A stretch of 64,000 nt of DNA, taken from the NCBI GenBank assembly GCA_963727445.1, contig CAVSGI010000002.1:32001-96000 (forward strand), written 5' to 3'. The notes under the pieces were generated by a model. It was not told the origin of the DNA. It saw nothing but the letters and a program-made list of their open reading frames with translations, and did no database searches. Numbering within the stretch: the first letter of the stretch is position 1; each line of letters begins with the position of its first letter. Origin of the DNA: an uncultured delta proteobacterium. Lineage in GTDB: Bacteria; Myxococcota_A; Polyangia; Polyangiales; B10-G4. This document shows positions 61,315 to 64,000 of the stretch, piece after piece. The position numbers and the translations under genes were made by a program.

Positions 61315-63252
61315 ATGCGCTGGCTCGCCGCTCTGATGGGGCTGCTCTTCGGCCTCTCCATCGCGGAGCCGGGCGAGGCCCAGTTCACGGACGTCTCGAG
61401 TGCCTCGCGCGTCGACATCAACGCGGCCAAAGATGGCGGCGCCACCTTCGGCGACCTGAATCACGACGGCTGGCTCGACCTCCTGGTGCACACCGACGGC
61501 CGGAGCTACTTGCTCATCAACGACGGTGGAAGCCCGCCGATCTTCACCGATCGCACCCCCGCCCTCGCGCCGCGACTCACGATGGTCCGCGCCGAGCGCT
61601 CGGCGATCATCGCGGACTTGACCAACGACGGCTACAACGACATCGCGCGCGACGATTACGACACCATCGAGATCTACGTGAACAGCGGCCCGCCGGACTT
61701 CACCTTCGGCGATCCCGCCTACCTCGCCGACGACACCACCGACCCGGACATCAACGGAGAGGGCATCGCGGTCATCGACTACGACCGCGATGGGTGGCTC
61801 GACCTCTTCGTCGAGGACAACGGACCGCAGATCTTCGACAACCCGAGGGACGGTACGGTGGAGATCACCCGCCTGGACCCGACGATGCTCGGACTCCCCG
61901 ACGGGCGCGCGCTCGGGACGAACGGAGACTACGTCGCGGCGGTCGATTTCGACGTCGATGGCTGGGTCGATCTCGCCTATCGCGACGTCGACCTGCCCAC
62001 CCTCTTCACGAACGGCGGCGATGGGACCTTCGCCGCCGTCGAGAGCCCCGTCCTCAGCGCCGATCGAAAAGGCGGCATCATCCTCTGCGACTTCGATCAG
62101 AACGGCCTCTTCGATCTCTTCTTCACGGGCGGCGCCGGCGAGGGCCGCAATCGCATTTTCCTGCAGACCACCGCCCGAACGTTCGTCGCGAGCACCGACC
62201 CGGCCCCCGACGGCGATGTGCGGAGCGCGGCCTGCGGTGACGTCGACAACGACGGCGACCTCGACCTCTACCTCGCCGTCGACGGCGACAACCCCCTCTA
62301 CATCAACCAACTGGTGGAGACCGGCAGCTTCTCCTTCTCGGAGCAGGACCTCGGCGCAGGCGCCGGCAACAACAGCGAGTGTCCCCTCTTCGCCGACTAC
62401 GACAACGACGGCGACCTCGACCTCTACGTCAACCAGACGGGCGACGTCTATCAAGACACCTCGGTGACCCCGTCTCGCACCATTCGCGACCCCGCGCCGA
62501 ACGTGCTGTTGCGCAACGACACCGACGGGCAGAGCTATTTGATGGTGGAGGTGCTGACGGCGCTCGAGGGGACGTGCCCGCCGGCGCTCCGGAGTGACAT
62601 CGGCGCGGTCGCCCACCTGGCCGGCCCGATGGGATACGAGAGCGGCGTGCGCGACGTCAACGGCGGCCAGAGCCATGGGAGCCAGGGCTCGCCGCGCATG
62701 CACTTCGGTCTCGCAAGCGTGGGCCCCGACAACGACTACGACCTCACGGTGCGCTTCACCGACGACGCCTACCCGGAGGTCACCCTCTCCGTACACCCGT
62801 CGGAGCTCGGCCCCTACCAGCTCCTCCGCGTCGACGCGACCGACATCGACGGAGACGGCATCCTCACGACCACCGAGATCGCCCAAGCGGGCGCGACGCC
62901 CGATCTGGACGGCGACGGCGTCCCCAACTGGAACGACACCGATGCCGACGGCGACGGGATCCTGGATGCCGACGAGGCGGGCGACGCGGACCTGTGCACC
63001 GATCCCGTCGATGCCGACGGCTCCGGCACGCCGGATTACCTCGAAGCTTCGGTGGCGCCGGGCGATGCGGGCGTGGATGGCGGCGACGCCGCTGTGGGCG
63101 CCGACGCCGCTGTGGGCAACGCGTTTCAGGCACACGGCAGCGGCTGCCTGCGATGCGCCGCCGGCGGCGACGGCGACGACGACGCCCGCTCGCTGGTGTT
63201 CGTCGCCGTGCTCCTGACCTCGCTCGCCGCCCGCCGCCGACGCGCGCGATGA
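61315..63252 (+). CDS. FG-GAP/VCBS-repeat CRTAC1 (ASPIC/UnbV)-like surface protein with DxDxDG repeats and MYXO-CTERM-like tail
   Basis: GDLNHDGWLDL, DYDRDGWLDL, DYDNDGDLDL, HFGL; C-terminal GSGC..C, TM helix, RRRR. Confidence 0.85.
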   Translation: MRWLAALMGLLFGLSIAEPGEAQFTDVSSASRVDINAAKDGGATFGDLNHDGWLDLLVHTDGRSYLLINDGGSPPIFTDRTPALAPRLTMVRAERSAIIADLTNDGYNDIARDDYDTIEIYVNSGPPDFTFGDPAYLADDTTDPDINGEGIAVIDYDRDGWLDLFVEDNGPQIFDNPRDGTVEITRLDPTMLGLPDGRALGTNGDYVAAVDFDVDGWVDLAYRDVDLPTLFTNGGDGTFAAVESPVLSADRKGGIILCDFDQNGLFDLFFTGGAGEGRNRIFLQTTARTFVASTDPAPDGDVRSAACGDVDNDGDLDLYLAVDGDNPLYINQLVETGSFSFSEQDLGAGAGNNSECPLFADYDNDGDLDLYVNQTGDVYQDTSVTPSRTIRDPAPNVLLRNDTDGQSYLMVEVLTALEGTCPPALRSDIGAVAHLAGPMGYESGVRDVNGGQSHGSQGSPRMHFGLASVGPDNDYDLTVRFTDDAYPEVTLSVHPSELGPYQLLRVDATDIDGDGILTTTEIAQAGATPDLDGDGVPNWNDTDADGDGILDADEAGDADLCTDPVDADGSGTPDYLEASVAPGDAGVDGGDAAVGADAAVGNAFQAHGSGCLRCAAGGDGDDDARSLVFVAVLLTSLAARRRRAR

Positions 63253-63267
63253 TAGCCTGACGCTCCG

Positions 63268-64000
63268 ATGGCCAAGCGAGAGCGGCGCGCCCTACCGATC
63301 CTGGTGGTCGGAGCCGTGGTCCTGATCATCGGCCTTCTGTCGCTATCGCCCTGCCAGACGCCGTCCACACGGCCGTCCGACGCGATCGGCAGGGCCCCGT
63401 CGCCGTCAACCCCTCGGACCTTCACCGGGGCTTCGCCGCACGAAGGCCTCGCCGTCGAGACGATGCTCGAAGACCCGACGGGTCACGCCCTCGATCGTTT
63501 CCACCAGGCGCTGCGCCGCGCCGAGCGGGGTGAAGGCAAGGCGCGGGTGCTCTTCTACGGTGCGTCCCACACGGCGGCGGATCATCTGCCTGGGCACGTG
63601 CGCGAGAGGCTTCAAGCGCGCTTCGGTGACGGCGGGCGCGGGTTCACCCTGCCGGCGCCGCCGAGCGCCGAGTACGATTACTGGCAGTGGGGCGCGACCA
63701 TCGACGACGGCGAAGGCTGGACGCGGGTGCGCCTCGGCCTCGAACGAGGGGAGCCCGACTACTACGGCATCGCCGGGATCTACTTCGACTCCGAAGGTCG
63801 CGACGCCGTCGCCCACGTGTCCACCGCGGAGTCAGGCGTCGGTTCGGTGGCGGACGTGATCGAGGTTCTCTACATGGGCTTTGCCGGCGGCGGCGAGTTG
63901 GTGATCTCCATCGACGGAGTTGAGAGGGCACGGATCGACACCGACGCACCCGAGGTCGTCGCCGGTCGTTCCATCTTCCACGTCGAAGAGGGCGGCCACA
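63268..64000 (+). CDS. SGNH/GDSL hydrolase-like protein (3'-truncated by window edge)
   Basis: Open from ATG 63268 to the window end; N-terminal TM; ALDRFHQAL...RVLFYGASHTAAD...LQARFGDGGRGF. Confidence 0.72.
   Translation, partial: MAKRERRALPILVVGAVVLIIGLLSLSPCQTPSTRPSDAIGRAPSPSTPRTFTGASPHEGLAVETMLEDPTGHALDRFHQALRRAERGEGKARVLFYGASHTAADHLPGHVRERLQARFGDGGRGFTLPAPPSAEYDYWQWGATIDDGEGWTRVRLGLERGEPDYYGIAGIYFDSEGRDAVAHVSTAESGVGSVADVIEVLYMGFAGGGELVISIDGVERARIDTDAPEVVAGRSIFHVEEGGH

Overview
This is a high-GC chromosomal window, most likely from a myxobacterium (Myxococcota, Polyangia/Sandaracinaceae-like). That placement is inferred from a MYXO-CTERM-like tail, Cys-rich DxG-linker lipoproteins, an FHA-AAA-Fis regulator and a Myxococcus-type LexA box. 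Many genes carry single-base frameshifts (uvrA, porin, amylase, FAAL, malK, Crp/Fnr and others), and these look like long-read consensus errors. The main accessory feature is a ~15.6 kb, tightly coupled minus-strand gene cluster (47696->32064) with eight c-type cytochromes (83 CxxCH plus 5 CX3-4CH motifs by manual count). It includes an MtrC/OmcA-type decaheme, a 29-heme protein, a probable outer-membrane beta-barrel and an NrfD/4Fe-4S/tetraheme quinol module, which together form a candidate quinol-to-surface electron conduit, with a Crp-type palindrome upstream. The second highlight is non-coding. At 60414-60675 a sigma54 promoter, with palindromic TTCAGATCTGAA enhancer-like sites upstream, points into a ~105-nt structured RNA that has a C8 loop and a terminator. 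The same enhancer motif and sigma54 promoter recur upstream of a PP2C phosphatase gene at ~20.1 kb. Next to the RNA lies an array of near-identical 105-bp units, rich in GNA mini-hairpins and bracketed by inverted repeats. The rest is housekeeping and accessory genes: uvrA, a HelD-like ATPase, argE, clpP, sspB, maltodextrin uptake genes, a GntR operon, CBS proteins and an orphan CpaF. No rRNA, tRNA or CRISPR array was recognised.
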